The notes under the pieces were generated by a model that was given only the letters and a program-made list of their open reading frames with translations, made no database searches and was not told where the DNA came from. Below are positions 1 through 9,316 of a DNA stretch of 64,000 nt, piece after piece. The stretch is from positions 320,001-384,000 of the forward strand of contig CAVPCR010000001.1 in NCBI GenBank assembly GCA_963702435.1, written 5' to 3'. The stretch comes from Candidatus Eiseniibacteriota bacterium. Its GTDB lineage: Bacteria; Eisenbacteria; RBG-16-71-46; CAVPCR01. Made by a program: the position numbers and the translations under genes. The stretch's first letter is position 1. The number at the start of each line of letters is the position of its first letter.

Positions 1-178
1 CAGGGGATGCCAGCTGACTGAGTGTACTCAGTTGACCGCGATGGTGGGCGACGTGGTCGGTGTTCCCTGCCCCAGTTCTTCGCCGGTGACGCGGCGTTCC
101 GAGCCCGCCGCCCATCGGCCTACGCACCTCGCCTCGAGGCGAGGTGTCCCTCCAAGGGGCCGTCACGCCCTCCCCGCT

Positions 179-350
179 GGCGGCGACGGCCCCTTCTCCC
201 CTTCTCGCGTCCCGCTCGTTTCCCGCGCGCGCACTCGCGGCCGACCGGTCCGGCGGCGACGGCCCCTTCTCCCCTTCTCGCGTCCCGCTCGTTTCCCGCG
301 CGCGCACTCGCGGCTGACCGGTCCGGCGGCGAACGGCCGCTTCTCCTCCT
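179..350. repeat. 73-bp tandem repeat, about 2.3 copies
   Basis: Unit GGCGGCGACGGCCCCTTCTCCCCTTCTCGCGTCCCGCTCG...GACCGGTCC starts at 179 and 252, with a degenerate partial copy at 325. Confidence 0.9.
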
Positions 351-783
351 CCGTACGCCGCTTCCGCAGGCCGCGCGACCGCTCTCGGCAACCGCTCCTC
401 GACCGCTCGCCTGAAACGCGCCCCGCAAGAACCCGTCCCCAAAAAGCGCAAGGGGCTCCGGCCTTTCAGCCGCTGGAGCCCCTGGAGCCCGGTAGCGCGA
501 TGCGACGGAACTCCTGCCCGTCGCGCACCACGGGGCGCGGCGAACGGATCCCGAATGCACTCAGCCTAGCACAACTCGACGCGTCTTTCCACTTCTTTCG
601 GCCCGCCCCGGCGCAACAGCGGCCCGCGCGCAAATCCCCCGCATCAGCCAGCCCCGGCAAAAGTGGAAGGAGCTGGAACTCCGCTTGCGCGGAAGCTCCA
701 GCTCCTCATCGCAACCCTTGAGGGGCGTGGGCTCTGCCGGTGCCCGGGGCGGCTCGCTGAGCGCCGCCTCGTCCGGCGCCGCT

Positions 784-1230
784 CTAGCGACCGCTCAGAT
801 CACCCGGATCCTGGCTCGGCAGGCGCGGGCCGCCGCCCGGCTGCCCGTCGTGCATGATCTGAATGCGCTCAGACGACTCGCTCTCGTTCGCGCTCTGGTC
901 GAGCGCGGTGATCTCGTAGCCGTACTGGTGATCGCGCTCGCACGTCTGCTGATAGATGGTGCTCGTCGGCGGCAGGACGGCCACGAGCTCGAGAGCGCCG
1001 CCGTCCACCGAGGAGTACACGTTGTAGCCGGCGAGGTCGGCCTCGCTGTTGGCGCTCCACCGGAGGTAGATGTCCGAGTAGTTCGCGGAGGCACGCAGCC
1101 CGGCCGGAGCCGCCGGGGCCGTGGTGTCGACGCTGGTCGCCCCGTTGTCACCGCACCCGGAGACCAGAGCGATCACGATGACTGCGAGCAGGATGCCCAG
1201 GAACCCACCGGACACTTTTCGAATCGACAT
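784..1230 (-). CDS. Lipoprotein with fibronectin type III-like domain
   Basis: Lipobox VSGC; APAAPAGLRA...LRWSANSEADLAGYNVY...YEITALDQSANES is an FN3 pattern; AG-rich RBS. Confidence 0.8.
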   Translation of the reverse strand: MSIRKVSGGFLGILLAVIVIALVSGCGDNGATSVDTTAPAAPAGLRASANYSDIYLRWSANSEADLAGYNVYSSVDGGALELVAVLPPTSTIYQQTCERDHQYGYEITALDQSANESESSERIQIMHDGQPGGGPRLPSQDPGDLSGR

Positions 1231-1337
1231 GGATCCAATCCCCTCTCTTGATCACGAAGTGCCGCACCGCTTGCCCATGCTGGCGCCGCGGCCTCGTCTC
1301 GGCCGCGGTTGACACATCAAACCGGGTGGGTGATTCG

Positions 1338-1352
1338 GCAAGCCCCATGCCA
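1338..1352 (-). promoter_or_regulatory. Candidate sigma-54 (-24/-12) promoter of the FN3 lipoprotein gene
   Basis: Minus strand TGGCATGGGGCTTGC fits TGGCAYGNNNNTTGC; several TGCA inverted motifs lie upstream at ~1430-1473. Confidence 0.55.
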
Positions 1353-1671
1353 GCGCTGGAGAGAGGCGGGTGCATCGTGCACCGCGCGCTACAGAGCGAA
1401 CATACGCGGGGGATGTTCCGAAGCGGGATGCAACCGGTGGGCAGCGGATTGCACTGGGGACGGGACCCTGCAACGCCGCGTCGTGCAAACAAGCGGCCCC
1501 ACCGGGAGCCCTGGCATGACGACCGAAGGCCGGACGAGGGAAGCGATCTGGATCGATCCGGGACGGACCGGCGGAGCCCGGGGAGCTACCCGATCATCGC
1601 CGCCCGACACCGCGGCGCGGGAGCGCCTCGATTCCCCGCCCGACACCGCGGCGCGGGAGCGAGGGGGGGCC

Positions 1672-2514
1672 TCAGTCCTTGTTCCAGCGTTCGAGGCGGT
1701 CCTTGGCGCGGAGCGCCTCCTCGGAGAACGGGTACTCGTTGATCACGCGCTCGAGATAGGCGCGCCCGAGATCTTCCTTCCCCGCCTCGAAGTAGCTCAG
1801 GCCCGCCTTGAGGAGAGCGGCCGGCACGCGGTCGCTCCCCGGATAGCGGTCAACAAGCGCGCGATACTCGATCGCCGCCGTGGGGAAGTCGGACTGCGCG
1901 TAGTACGCCTCGGCGATCCCGTACTGGGCCGCGTCGCCGAGCGTGCCGTCGGGGAACTTGCTCATGTACTCGCGGAAGCCGTTGATCGCGAGCGGATAGC
2001 GGCCCTGTTGCAGGTTCTGGACCGCCGCGTTGTAAAGGCCTTGCTCCTCGAGCGCCGGAGCGCCGGCCGTGTCGCTGCGCGCGCTCCGCGCGGCCGCCGA
2101 GTCGCCGGCGGGACGAGCCGGCTTCGCGTCGGGGCGTTTTATCTGGCGGCTGGCGAAGTCGAGCTGCCCGCGCAGGAGCTCGAGCGAGCTCTTGAGCTCC
2201 GCGGTGTTCGAGGCCTGATCGGCGCGCATCTGGCGCAGGATCTCCTCCTGCGCCGCGACCTGCGCCTTGAGCCCCTCGATCTCGCGAGCCAGCGCCTCCT
2301 GGCGACGCTGCACGTCGGTGACCTGCGTCTGGGTTTCGGCCAGGCGGTCGGGCATGTTGAAGAACCCGCCGCATCCGCCGAGACCGACCGCCATCGCACA
2401 CACGGCAACGCCGAGCACGGCGCGCCGCCCAGCGTAAGCCCGGAGCTTCGCCAGGCTCCGGCACGCGGGCAGCACGTCCTGCCGCCCGCGCGCCGGTAAG
2501 CCGCGTTTCGCCAT
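1672..2514 (-). CDS. cpoB: Tol-Pal system protein CpoB/YbgF (coiled coil plus TPR); start uncertain
   Basis: Lipobox-like LGGC, coiled coil, TPR motifs (AQYGIAEAYY, YPGSDRVPAALLKAG); follows pal. Confidence 0.9.
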   Translation of the reverse strand: MAKRGLPARGRQDVLPACRSLAKLRAYAGRRAVLGVAVCAMAVGLGGCGGFFNMPDRLAETQTQVTDVQRRQEALAREIEGLKAQVAAQEEILRQMRADQASNTAELKSSLELLRGQLDFASRQIKRPDAKPARPAGDSAAARSARSDTAGAPALEEQGLYNAAVQNLQQGRYPLAINGFREYMSKFPDGTLGDAAQYGIAEAYYAQSDFPTAAIEYRALVDRYPGSDRVPAALLKAGLSYFEAGKEDLGRAYLERVINEYPFSEEALRAKDRLERWNKD

Positions 2515-2602
2515 GGTATCGCTTCCTTCGCGCCGAGCCGGCGGCCGCTCTCACCCAGGCGGACGCGCGATCAACGGGCCGCGACGGTCAGATCGTCTCT
2601 CG

Positions 2603-3106
2603 CTAGCGGGGCACGAACTCGGCACGCCGGTTCTTGGCCCAGGCCATCTCGTCGTGTCCGGCGTCGGCGGGCCGCTCTTCGCCGTAGCTCACGGTCGATA
2701 TCCGGCTCGCCGGAATCCCGTAGCTCACGAGATAGTCGTAGGCCGCCTTGGCGCGCTTCTCGCCGAGAGCGAGGTTGTACTCGGTCGTCCCGCGCTCGTC
2801 GGCATGCCCCTCGATCTTGATGTTGACGCTCGCGTTGTCCTGCAGGCTCTTCCCGTTGGCGCCGAGCGTCGCGCGGGCATCATCGCGCAGGTCGTAGCGG
2901 TCGAACTCGAAGAAGACGGGCGCCAGTCTGAGCGCCGGCTTCTCGTCCGGAGCGGGCGTCGTGTTCTCGACCGGCGGCGGAGGCGGAGGCGTCTCCTCCG
3001 CGACCGGAGGCTGGGCCGGCTCCTCGGGCGGCTTCTTGCCACCGCAGCCGCTCACCACCACGGCGAGACAAACCAAGCTGAGCAGGACGAGCTTCGACGA
3101 TCTCAT
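2603..3106 (-). CDS. pal: Peptidoglycan-associated lipoprotein Pal
   Basis: MRSSKLVLL...VSGC lipobox; OmpA-like motif IEGHADERGTTEYNLALGEKRA...NRRAEF; RBS GGAGGGAG. Confidence 0.97.
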   Translation of the reverse strand: MRSSKLVLLSLVCLAVVVSGCGGKKPPEEPAQPPVAEETPPPPPPVENTTPAPDEKPALRLAPVFFEFDRYDLRDDARATLGANGKSLQDNASVNIKIEGHADERGTTEYNLALGEKRAKAAYDYLVSYGIPASRISTVSYGEERPADAGHDEMAWAKNRRAEFVPR

Positions 3107-3313
3107 TACCGCACTCCCTCCTGATGGAACCAGGTCTCGTTTCGGATGCCTCGCCGTAGACGGCGCCTTGCACCCGGCGATGCCCCGCAGCGAGCGATGC
3201 ACCGGCGATCCCTGCTCCGATCTCTTGGCCCCGGCACTGGAGCCGCCTTCCTGGCCGGCCAGACCCGGACCACCGGGCCGGCACTTCCCCCGCGTACCGC
3301 CCGGGCCGGCCGC

Positions 3314-3342
3314 AGCATCATGGAACTGGGGCACCCTGTCAA
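3314..3342 (-). promoter_or_regulatory. Candidate internal sigma-70 promoter for pal
   Basis: TTGACA-N17-GATGCT on the minus strand in the tolB-pal gap. Confidence 0.45.
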
Positions 3343-3402
3343 GCGGCGGCCGGAAGGGCCGCCGAAAAGCGGTGAGTTCACTCGCGTGGTCGCCCGGCGG
3401 CG

Positions 3403-4731
3403 CTACTTCGCCGGACGCGGCGACCACGTTGGATAGAAACACATCCTGTCCTTCGGCGTGAGCCGGCGCTGGTTCGAACCGTCGGCGAGCATCACGTACA
3501 CCGCGCGCTGCCCGCTCCGGGACGAGCTGAACACGATCTGCCGCCCGTCCGGCGACCAGCGCGGGTTCTCGCTCGATCCCGCGCCGTTGGTGAGCTGCTG
3601 GACGATCGCGCCGTCGAGCGTCGCGACGAAGATGTCGTAGTTGCCGCCCCCCGTGCGCGCCGCATAGGCGATGCGGTCCCCCCGCGGCGACCAGGCCGGC
3701 GAATCGACGAATGTCTGCGGCACCGGGAGCGGAGTGGCGTGCAAGCCCTCGGCGTCGGTGATGAAGATCCGCGGCGTCCCCAGCCGATCGGAGATGAACG
3801 CCACCTCGCGGCCGGTCGGCGAGAAGGAGGGCGAGGTGTCGATCCCCGGATGAAAGGTGAGCCGCTCTACGATCTCGCCGTTCCGGCGCAGAATGTAGAC
3901 ATCCGGGTTGCGGTCCTTGAAGCTCAGGGTCACGGCGATGAAGCGCCCGTCCGGCGACCAGGCGGGCGCGGTGTCGAGGCCCGGACGCTTGCTGATCGTG
4001 TACGCCTTGCCGTCGTCGGCGTTGACCGCGTAGAGATCGGCCTCTCCGCTCTTGAATGATGTGTAGGCGACGAGCGGATCGACGGGGGACCAGGCGGGCC
4101 CGAGATTGGAAGAGCCGTCGCTCGTGAGCTGCCGCGCGCCGAACCCGTCGTAGTCGAAGATCATCACCTCGCGCGCCTTGGAGGCCGAGCAGATGCAGGC
4201 GATGCGGGTGCGCGCGAGCCCCCGCTCGCCGGTCAGGTGGAGCACGATGTCGTCCGCGAAGGCGTGCATCGCCGGACGGATCTCGCCGGCCGCCGGGTAG
4301 TCGCGCTCGAAGATGAGCTTCTCGCCCGGGTGGCTCACCACTCGCCCGACGAATCGCGCCGAGCCGTCCGCCGACTCGAGGCGCCCGGAGACGATCGCGG
4401 TCAGGTCCGGGCCCTTCGAGCGCGCCACGTCCTCGCCGCCGGAGGCGAGATCGGCCGCCACCGGACCGTCGACGCGGAAGTAGCCGGAGAGGATCAGATC
4501 GTCCACGAGCACGGCCTCGCCGGCCTTGGCCGTGGATCCGAGCTTCTTGTCGCCGCCCGCCACGGCGATCGGATCGAGCCAGATCGGCTGGCGTGCGCCG
4601 CCCTTCTCGGCTCCGACCTCCCATTCGATGAGGGCCGAGGCAGGAAGCGCGGAGAGAAGCAACGCGAGGACCGCAGGCAGAAGGTTCCCGAGCGCGAAAG
4701 AGGGTCGCTGTTTCATGATCCTCGCCGTCAT
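3403..4731 (-). CDS. tolB: TolB beta-propeller protein
   Basis: Signal peptide, HAFADDIVLHLTGERG, multiple PD40 repeats (PAWSPDG); operon context. Confidence 0.95.
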   Translation of the reverse strand: MTARIMKQRPSFALGNLLPAVLALLLSALPASALIEWEVGAEKGGARQPIWLDPIAVAGGDKKLGSTAKAGEAVLVDDLILSGYFRVDGPVAADLASGGEDVARSKGPDLTAIVSGRLESADGSARFVGRVVSHPGEKLIFERDYPAAGEIRPAMHAFADDIVLHLTGERGLARTRIACICSASKAREVMIFDYDGFGARQLTSDGSSNLGPAWSPVDPLVAYTSFKSGEADLYAVNADDGKAYTISKRPGLDTAPAWSPDGRFIAVTLSFKDRNPDVYILRRNGEIVERLTFHPGIDTSPSFSPTGREVAFISDRLGTPRIFITDAEGLHATPLPVPQTFVDSPAWSPRGDRIAYAARTGGGNYDIFVATLDGAIVQQLTNGAGSSENPRWSPDGRQIVFSSSRSGQRAVYVMLADGSNQRRLTPKDRMCFYPTWSPRPAK

Positions 4732-5507
4732 CAGGGCCGGAACCGGAAACGGAAGTGGACGCCCACGGCGTCGTCGGGGAACTGCGCGGGGAGCGGCGGC
4801 AGGGGGCTCGCCTCGAGCACCGCGCGCAGCGCGGTCTGATCGTAGAAGGGAATGCCCGATGACTCCTCCACGCGCGCGCCGACGATGGTGCCGGAGCGGA
4901 TGATCCGGAAGTAGACGATGGCGACCGCCTCGCCCGAGATGAAGCCGGGGGACCAGTGCGTGGCGATCTTGTTCTGCATGGCGACCTGGTAGTAGCTGAA
5001 CTCGCCGAATCCCCCCCCGCCGCCGCCGCCGCCGCCACCACCGCCCTCGCCGCCGAGGCCCACCTCGATCCCGGAGGCGACCGCACCGCCTTGGCCGGCG
5101 CTGGTCTCGGTCGCGCCGGCGAGCGCTTCTTCCGCCGTGCTCTTCGCCGCCGGCCGCGCCGGCCGCTTCGGCGCCGGTTCCTTGACGGCGACCTGCGCCG
5201 TCGTATCGGCCTTCGCCTTCACCGGCTTCTTCTTCTCATCGGGGATCTTCACCCCCTCCTCGCTCGGCTTCGGCTTGGGCTTCGGCGGCTCGACCTCCTT
5301 CTCCTCCGCCGGCGGTGCCGGCGCGACCTTCGGCGCCGGGGGCGCCGGCGCGCGGCCGCGGAGCGCATCGGCGCCGATCAGGGTCACCGGCGTGAAATCG
5401 CCGGGGCCCAGGCCGCCGAGGCTCATGCGTTCGTAGCGGCCGCCGATGAGGAACACGGCGATGAAGGCCGCGTGCATGCTGAACGAGATCGCCGCCGGCA
5501 CTCTCAT
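4731..5507 (-). CDS. tolA: TolA/TonB-family protein
   Basis: N-terminal TM helix with SxxxH, Pro/Lys/Glu-rich linker, C-terminal domain (SSGIPFYDQTALRAV); lies between tolR and tolB. Confidence 0.85.
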   Translation of the reverse strand: MRVPAAISFSMHAAFIAVFLIGGRYERMSLGGLGPGDFTPVTLIGADALRGRAPAPPAPKVAPAPPAEEKEVEPPKPKPKPSEEGVKIPDEKKKPVKAKADTTAQVAVKEPAPKRPARPAAKSTAEEALAGATETSAGQGGAVASGIEVGLGGEGGGGGGGGGGGGFGEFSYYQVAMQNKIATHWSPGFISGEAVAIVYFRIIRSGTIVGARVEESSGIPFYDQTALRAVLEASPLPPLPAQFPDDAVGVHFRFRFRP

Positions 5508-5556
5508 CGCATCAGGACTCCCCCGCCGCAGGCTTCCTCACCGAACATCGCCCCCG

Positions 5557-6012
5557 CTACGAGCGGTCGCGCTCGCCGCCGCCAGCCGCCCGCTTCTTGA
5601 TCCACGCTTCCGATACCGGCTCGGTGACGAGCCCCAGGTTGGTGAACCCCGCCCCCTTGATCGCGCTGATGACGGCCACCACGAATCCGTAGTCGACGCT
5701 CTTGTCGGCCCTCAGGTACACAGGGGCCCCCGGCTCGATCTCGTAGCGCCGCGCGAGTTCCGGTCCCAGGGTCTCCATGTCGAGCCGCACGTCCTCGATG
5801 AACACCGCGCCCGCGTTGGTCACCGTGACCACCATGCCCTCGCGGGTGTCGCGGCCGGCCGTGCGCGTCTTCGGCAGGTCGACCTCGACCCCGCCCTGCA
5901 GGAAGGGCGCGGTGAGCATGAATATGATGAGGAGGACGAGGATGACGTCGACCAGGTTGACGATGTTGATCTCGGCCATCGCCTTCGGTCGCTCTCGCGT
6001 CATGCGGATCAC
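5557..6012 (-). CDS. tolR: TolR/ExbD
   Basis: AEINIVNLVDVILVLLIIFMLTAP; VYLRADKSVDYG. Confidence 0.93.
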   Translation of the reverse strand: MIRMTRERPKAMAEINIVNLVDVILVLLIIFMLTAPFLQGGVEVDLPKTRTAGRDTREGMVVTVTNAGAVFIEDVRLDMETLGPELARRYEIEPGAPVYLRADKSVDYGFVVAVISAIKGAGFTNLGLVTEPVSEAWIKKRAAGGGERDRS

Positions 6013-6067
6013 CGGATTCTCCTCCCTCTAGCCGCGCTGCCTGCCGTCCTGATCGGAAACCTGCGCT

Positions 6068-6781
6068 CTAGCGCCATGCTTCGCGGGCGAACGCGCTCAG
6101 GAGCTCGCGCGAGAAGGCGCCGAGCTCCTCCTCGAGAACGCGTACGCGCCCGAGGTAGTGGTTGAAGGCGACTGCGGCCGGAATGGCCGCGGCGAGACCG
6201 CAGGCGGTGACGATGAGCGCCTCGGCGATCCCCGGCGCCACCGCCTGGATGTTGGCCGAGCCGCGCGCCCCGATCGCCATGAACGAGGTCATGATGCCCC
6301 ACACCGTGCCGAAGAGCCCGAGGAGCGGCCCGACCGCGGCGGTCGTCGCCAGGAACGGCAGCCGGCGCTCGGCGAGCGCCACTTCCTCCTCGATCGCGGT
6401 GACGAGCGCGCGCTCGACGTTCTCGAGAAGCGCGCGGCGCTTCGATTCGTCGGCCGCGGTCGCCGCCGGGGCGAGCGCGGGACCCGGGTTGGCGCGCCGC
6501 CCGAAGGAGAGCTCGTACTCCTCCATCGCCGATTCGGCGAGGCGGGAGAGCGGCCCATGGCCGAGCTTCTGGACGACCGACGTGAGGTTGACGAGCCCGC
6601 TCGCGGCGAAGAGCCCGCGGAAGCGCTGCATGTGCTCGCTGGCCAGGCGGAAGTAGCGCCACCGGTCGAAGATGATCGACCACGAGACGACTGAGAAGAG
6701 GAGCAGGACCACGAGCACGGCCTTGGCCAGCGGCCCGGCCTGGAGAACCAGCGAGGCGACCTGGGCGGTCCAATCGTTCAT
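6068..6781 (-). CDS. tolQ: TolQ/ExbB proton channel
   Basis: GPLLGLFGTVWGIM; VAPGIAEALIVTACGL. Confidence 0.95.
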   Translation of the reverse strand: MNDWTAQVASLVLQAGPLAKAVLVVLLLFSVVSWSIIFDRWRYFRLASEHMQRFRGLFAASGLVNLTSVVQKLGHGPLSRLAESAMEEYELSFGRRANPGPALAPAATAADESKRRALLENVERALVTAIEEEVALAERRLPFLATTAAVGPLLGLFGTVWGIMTSFMAIGARGSANIQAVAPGIAEALIVTACGLAAAIPAAVAFNHYLGRVRVLEEELGAFSRELLSAFAREAWR

Positions 6782-7150
6782 GGCGGCGATCCCTCTTCCG
6801 CTTGCGGGGCGCCCGCGGGGGCTCCCCCTTCCTGGTCAGCCGGGCCGTTCATCGGCCCGGACCGGACGCGACCGGCCGGGGCGTAGCCGCGCGTCCCGCC
6901 CGGACCCCAAGGTCCGGGGCAAGGCTCCATCGGGTGCGAGAAGGCGCGAACAGGTGCGAACAGGTGCGAACGATCCTGGTCGTCGCAAGGACAGCCCGCC
7001 GCTCGAGCGTCCACGAGGGCCGAGCGCTCTCCGTACGGGGCTGTCGCCGGCGGGCCGGGGCTGCCCGCCTCTTCGAGTCCAAGTGTCCGTGATGGCTGCA
7101 AGTTACGTCGAATGCAGCGGGACGGTGGGGCACTGACGAATCCGCGCCGG

Positions 7151-7180
7151 AGGCTACACGACCGGGCGGGAAGCGGTCAA
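7151..7180 (-). promoter_or_regulatory. Candidate sigma-70 promoter of the tol-pal operon
   Basis: TTGACC-N18-TAGCCT with a TG just upstream of the -10 box. Confidence 0.45.
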
Positions 7181-7209
7181 GAGCTGACCGCCGCCGGGGC
7201 GCGGCCGGC

Positions 7210-8895
7210 TCACCCCTTGAGAACCCCCAAGGGCCTGAGCTGAGCCACTTTACGGCCGATGCCCGCGCCGTCCACGGCGTCCACGACGTCCGCCACATCC
7301 TTATAGGCTTCCGGTATCTCCTCCGCGATGGTCGCGTAGCTTGCGCCCCGCACCTCGATCCCGCGCTCGCGGAACTCCCGCTGGAGCTCCCGGCCGCGGG
7401 CCTCGTGGCGGGCCGCGTTGCGCGACATTCGCCGGCCGGCGCCGTGGCAGGTCGAACCGAAGGACTCGCGGAAGGCGCCCTCGGTTCCGGCGAGGACATA
7501 GGAGTACCGCCCCATGTCCCCCGGGATCAGCACCGGCTGGCCCGTCGTTCGATACACCGGAGGGAGCTCCGGGTGTCCCGGCGGAAAGGCGCGGGTCGCG
7601 CCCTTCCGGTGCACGCAGAGGCGGCGCCGCACACCGCCCACCTCGTGCTCCTCGATCTTCGCGATGTTGTGCGCGACGTCGTAGACGAGACGGAGTCCGA
7701 GCTCCGGTGCACGCTTCTTGAAGACCTGCTGGAGCGTCTCGCGCACGCGGTGCGCCATCATCTGGCGGTTGGCGAAGGCGTAGTTGGCGGCCGCGTTCAT
7801 GGCCGCGAGGTAGCGCGTCGCCTCGTCGGAGCCGAGCGGCGCGCAGGCGAGCTGGCGGTCGGGCAGCTCGATTCCGTACTTGCGCGCGGCGCGGAGCATC
7901 ACCTGGAGGAAGTCGTCGCACACCTGGTAGCCGAGCCCGCGCGATCCCGAGTGGATGAACACGGTCATGTGATCGCGGAGGAGACCGAAGGCGCCGGCGA
8001 GCTCCTCGTCGTAGATCTCGGCGACGTAGCCGACCTCGATGAAGTGGTTCCCGGAGCCCACCGTGCCGAGCTGGGCGCGGCCGCGCTCGATCGCGCGCTC
8101 GGAGACCTGGCCGGGATCGGCGCCGGGGAGGCGGCCGCCGGCTTCGATGCGCTCGAGATCCTCGGCGAGCCCGTGCCCCTCCTCGACCGCCCACGCCGCG
8201 CCGCGGGTGAGCACCGCCGCCACCTCGCGCGGACCGAGCTTGTCGCGATAGCCGTGGCCGACACCGGCCGGGATCGAGCGCTGGATCTCGTCCATGAGCG
8301 GCGCGATGACGCGGGCGACTTCGTCCTTGTGCACGTCCGAGCGGAGGAGGCGGACGCCGCAGTTGATGTCGAAGCCGACGCCGCCCGGGGACACCACGCC
8401 GCCCTGGTCGGGATCGAAGGCGGCGACTCCGCCGATCGCGAAGCCGTAGCCCCAGTGGATGTCGGGCATGCCGATCGAATGCCCGACGATGCCGGGGAGG
8501 GTCGCCACATTGGCGACCTGGGTCACGGCCTCGTCACCGCCCATCGCGCGCACGAGCTTCTCGGTCGCGAACACGAGCCCGTCGACGCGCATGGCGCCCT
8601 GGCGCGGGATTCGCCAGCGGAAATCGTCGAGGCGCTCGAGGACCGGCTTCATCCCCGCGCCCGGCTGGCCCACCGGGCCGCGCTCGCGGCGCTGGCCGCC
8701 ATCGCCCTGCAGTCCGCGCTCGCCGGGCTCGTGGCGCTGGTGCTGTCCGCGCTCGCCGGGCTCGTGGCGCTGGTGCTCTCCGCGCTCGCCGTTCCCACCG
8801 TGCTGTCCGCGCTCGCCGTTCCCACCGTGCCCGCCGCGCTTTCCTTTCCCGGTCCCGTTCCGGCGGCTCTTCCCTGGCTCGCGCATCCGGCTCAT
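7210..8895 (-). CDS. rtcB: RNA-splicing ligase RtcB (alternative start at 8652 without the repeat extension)
   Basis: MPDIHWGYGFAIGG, GFDINCG, GSGNHF, HSGSRG, HRKGAT, HGAGR motifs. Confidence 0.96.
   Translation of the reverse strand: MSRMREPGKSRRNGTGKGKRGGHGGNGERGQHGGNGERGEHQRHEPGERGQHQRHEPGERGLQGDGGQRRERGPVGQPGAGMKPVLERLDDFRWRIPRQGAMRVDGLVFATEKLVRAMGGDEAVTQVANVATLPGIVGHSIGMPDIHWGYGFAIGGVAAFDPDQGGVVSPGGVGFDINCGVRLLRSDVHKDEVARVIAPLMDEIQRSIPAGVGHGYRDKLGPREVAAVLTRGAAWAVEEGHGLAEDLERIEAGGRLPGADPGQVSERAIERGRAQLGTVGSGNHFIEVGYVAEIYDEELAGAFGLLRDHMTVFIHSGSRGLGYQVCDDFLQVMLRAARKYGIELPDRQLACAPLGSDEATRYLAAMNAAANYAFANRQMMAHRVRETLQQVFKKRAPELGLRLVYDVAHNIAKIEEHEVGGVRRRLCVHRKGATRAFPPGHPELPPVYRTTGQPVLIPGDMGRYSYVLAGTEGAFRESFGSTCHGAGRRMSRNAARHEARGRELQREFRERGIEVRGASYATIAEEIPEAYKDVADVVDAVDGAGIGRKVAQLRPLGVLKG
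8713..8830. repeat. Tandem repeats (2 x 33 bp and 2 x 27 bp) at the rtcB 5' end
   Basis: Units start TCCGCGCTCGCCG at 8713, 8746, 8779 and 8806; they encode GERG(Q/E)H repeats in frame. Confidence 0.9.
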
Positions 8896-9316
8896 GAGAC
8901 GCCTCCACGATCGGGACCGTCTGCCGGTCCTCTCCAGCGGGCCTGCCACCGGCGGGCAGCGTCGGACGGAGACACTGACTCGATGACACACCGATTCGGA
9001 AGCGGGACGCCCCGATGTACTTGTCGCGGTCGAGTCTACCACGAGAGGCGACCAGTCGGCCGCGCCGCCACGGCGGCAACGCAAGCTCTGCACAGCAATT
9101 GCGGCCCGGAATTGCGTCCGCCGGCGCACGGCCGGCGATTGGCCCATTTCTTGATGCCGATCAGGCACGAGAGTTGCTGAGAGTCGCGTGCTTGCCCGGG
9201 TGCCTGATCGCGCGCCGTGCGCTATACTCCGCGCGCGCGCCGCAGGGCGCGCGCGCCGCAGGATATGATGGGGCGAAGGATCGCCCAGGATGGGCAGTCC
9301 CGGCCCGAGGTACGAC

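Noticed and set aside
179..350. Possible CRISPR array (also considered 61405-61502)
   Set aside because: Units are contiguous with no unique spacers, and no cas genes are present.
1..780. Protein-coding gene in the first 780 bp
   Set aside because: The ORFs are low-complexity translations of repeats and hairpins with no recognisable motif.
6946..6971. LexA box of the GTTC-N7-GTTC type
   Set aside because: Spacing is N6 and the pattern is explained by a simple 10-bp tandem repeat.
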